Origin: Lama glama
Lineage: Eukaryota
NCBI GenBank assembly: GCA_028534125.1
Contig: CM052832.1
Coordinates: 24,864,001 to 24,928,000, forward strand
Length of the DNA: 64,000 nt
Direction: 5' to 3'
Below are positions 61,076 through 64,000 of the stretch, piece by piece. The translations under genes were made by a program, and so were the position numbers. Under the pieces are notes generated by a model that worked only from the letters and a program-made list of their open reading frames with translations, made no database searches and was not told the DNA's origin. Each line of letters opens with the position of its first letter. The stretch's first letter is position 1.

Positions 61076-62199
61076 TAAACCTCAGTCCAAGTCAGACTTT
61101 GCTGAGGGCCAGGTGAACTGGGGGGGACCACAGGTGCTCTAAGAGTCAGAAGAAGCGGGCACTACACGCATCTGGAAGAGAATATATTGAGTTTTCAAGT
61201 GCATTGGAGAATAAAGTGGAAAAATTTAAAGATTTCAAAGCTATTTTTTATGTAAATATTTCATTCATCTTGTTTTTGCCCCACAGTCACCACTTTGTCA
61301 AATATAGCTCTGGTAACAAAACCTGGAGCACTTCAGTGATTTTTTTTTTTTTTAGCAATTTTGGGTAAGGCAAGGGGTTGGGCCTTGGATGCTGGGAATG
61401 GAGAAGCATGGACCTAGATGACAATGTACATGAAAAGAGGCTCACAGAGATGATTCCTCTTAAATCCACATCGGACCCCCAGAATCCTTTCCTCTCCACT
61501 ACTTTACTGACAACTGACCCTCTTTCCAGCTGCCTCCTTGTCTGTCCTCCTTCCTGGACAGCGATCAATGTGGCCTGGATTTATTGGCATTCATAGTGAA
61601 TTCTTCACCTGAAAACTACTGATGAACCATCAGCCCCTCCTCCCCTAAAAAACCAACAGCTCTCTCTTGGTTATCATCAGCCAATATCTTCTGCACTTGA
61701 ACCTCTTTGTTCTAATAGATATTCTCAGTCTGCTGCGTTTTCTATGATGACAAATGGATGAGAGCCCTTTAAAATAAATGGTATCTATATACACTTAAGT
61801 ATATTCACTAAAACTGAATGGTAGTCTATGAGAAGAAATTATGGAAGAAAATGTCTCCAAAGGGACTGCCATAGCAAGATTAAAATACTCACAGATGGAC
61901 AGAAGAGGGGAGAATGCCAGGTAAAGCTCCCCTGATAGACTGGGAAGACTATGTCATGTAGAATACAAAGAGTGCTATCAATAGTGAGTGTTTATTTGCA
62001 CATCTTATATAGGGAGAAAATAGGGGAACTGCCATGAGAGTGTGATATGCCAGGAGGTAAGAAGAGAAGTTACAATCTTGATGATTAGTTGATCAGCCTA
62101 GAGCCTTGCTTTTGGAAGAATGATGCACAACTAGGTCTTATTTGTCCTTATGTCACTGGATGACTCTAAAGATGCAACTCTTTGTCCTTCCCTATTTCT

Positions 62200-62490
62200 C
62201 CCGTCTTCTCTACCTCTTAGAATTCTCCGTGCCCTGCAAAGCTTAGCTCACCTCTGCTCCCTGACGTGAAGACTTCGCTAACTCCATCACGCTGCATGCT
62301 AGCTCCCTCCTCTTACCTATCGCTGCACCTGTTTTCCGTACACACCACTGTCACTTTCCGTACACTACCTGTGTATACGTCTTGTCTCCCCAGTTTGATG
62401 GGGAGTACCTCAAGAAGAAGGACCCATCTTAGTGACGAATCTATTTATAGCACCTTACACATGCATTTATTTAACTTACTGCATGAAAGA
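62200..62490 (+). mobile_element. L2 3' fragment
   Basis: AAAGCTTAGCTCA...GTGAAGACTTC...CTTGTCTCCCCAG...CTCAAGAAGAAGGACC. Confidence 0.55.
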
Positions 62491-62679
62491 CGGAAAAAGT
62501 ACAAAGATAAATAGCATATATGCCTTGCCTTTGAGGAACTAGCAGCTCGGTAGGGCCATAAACAAATAATTTTGGTTGAGTTAGTCAGTTGAAGATTTAA
62601 GGAATAGCCTCAACAACAGACAATCAAGCATCTGGCCAGGGGGAGAGTAGGTGAGGAGAAGAGAAAAAGTTTGGCAGTT

Positions 62680-63031
62680 TTAACCAAGGTAGCTTAATTG
62701 TTAAAACAAACTATGACAATACAATACATTTCTCAGTCAAGTCACCTTCCAATGTTGGCAGTGGGAGCTCTGCTCCATGTAATCATTCAGGGACCCAGGT
62801 TCCCACTAACATGTGACTCTGCCTGGGTTGTGTCCATTCATGAGATGCATAAAGAAAAGACTGACAGGGTTCGAAGACCCCCCTGGGCCTGAAGGGACAT
62901 ACTTCCCCTCTGTGGGAGGGCTCACATTGGCAGGAACCGGTCACGTGGCTTCACATAGACGCTACAGGATGGATGTTGGTCTAATTGTGTGCCCTGAAGA
63001 GGAGAACTCAGATATTGGTAGTCTGCCCACA
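62680..63031 (-). mobile_element. Old MaLR LTR (MLT1I/J-like)
   Basis: GCTCTGCTCCATG...CATTCAGGGACCCAGG; CATTGGCAGGAACCGGTCACGTGGC; TGTGTGCCCTGAAGAGGAGAAC...CCACA. Confidence 0.6.
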
Positions 63032-64000
63032 GCAGGCAAGGTTGGATGAAAATAAAAAGAAGGAAAGGACTTTGATAGAAACACACCCTCAAATTCCAGG
63101 CTTCACGTCTCTTTTCCTCCAAAGAGACGGACACCAATATAATAGGCCCTCGTTTAGAGAAAGACCTCCCTGAAGTGTATGGAGCGGGGGGGGCGTTGCA
63201 GAGGGAGCATGTCCTTTTTCCCTTCAGAGTAGTCTCTCCCCTGTGACCGATTAGACATGAGGGGAAATGGAACAACCAACCAAGAAAGTTATTTGAACCA
63301 TGTAAATATCTGTATATTCTCATCTATTTATCTATCTATCATCTGGACTGCTTTGTAAACCTAACTAGGTTGCCTTTCCTTCTGTGTCCTCAAAGACTTG
63401 GGTAGTGGTGGGGGCTTCCCTAGGCAGTATGAAGACAGCTTGTGCAGGCCCTGAGGAAACAATCTGCATCACTGTCTCTTCAAGGGTTTCTGACCGTTCT
63501 GCAAATACTCTGATAATGAGCTGACAAGCTATAAGGCCAGGAGCGGTTGAGGCCACGCGGGGAGCGCAGAGACAGGAATACCCTGTTCAGCTGAGAATAA
63601 CAGGCACCAAGAGGTCAAGCAAATCCAATTTTAAGGAGCACTAGTGGGATCCTCCCCCTTGAAAGGAGGGGACATTGGAGGAGGCAGAACAGGAGGAAGC
63701 AGTAATTGGAGGGAATAACCGAGGAGCTTGGCTGCCTTGTTTAACCCTTTCTAAGCCTGCATTTATCAGAGGCTCTCCTAAGTCCCAGAAGCTTGGTCTG
63801 CCTAAAAGAAGCCAGGAAAGGAGGAGAAATGCTCAGACACTTCCCACCCCACTTTTTGCACACCTTTCTGTCCCCCAGACTTTCTCCTCTGCCTCCCAGA
63901 TGCCCTGCGTCCTCTTGCTGCCAACTGAGTCCTCAGGAAGTTACCCCGTTCCCCTCATGCTTACGCGGTGAGCTGGGATTTTGCTACTCAGTCTGACTTG

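Noticed and set aside
61287..61364. Possible plus-strand exon (CCACAG acceptor, GTAAG donor)
   Set aside because: Contains a long poly-T tract and has no partner exons; likely chance.
1..64000. CRISPR arrays, operons or prokaryotic defence systems
   Set aside because: The sequence is mammalian; there are no regularly spaced repeat-spacer arrays or gene-dense regions.

Overview
Mammalian genomic DNA, most likely camelid (alpaca/camel), judged from the young LINE-1 3' ends (...GACACAACATTGTAAAATGATTATAAATCAA...AAATGTTAAAA) and a tRNA-derived SINE resembling the camelid SINE. I find no supportable protein-coding gene or RNA gene. The ORF track is noise except for LINE-1 ORF2 remnants and translated N runs. 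The window is intergenic or deep intronic and dominated by interspersed repeats: L1/HAL1, L2, MIR, MaLR/MLT and ERV1-like solo LTRs, and hAT, Tigger and piggyBac-like DNA transposon fossils. There is one 500-N assembly gap. The most notable observations are a short L1 carrying a 3' transduction within a perfect 15-bp TSD, an internal L1 ORF2 fragment inside a degenerate TSD, degraded piggyBac-like and hAT transposase remnants, a cluster of ERV1/MER41-like LTRs, a candidate non-coding exon and a few candidate regulatory islands. I see no convincing evidence for a new biological system. Repeat family names come from recalled consensus motifs, not a database search. Boundaries without a TSD are approximate.
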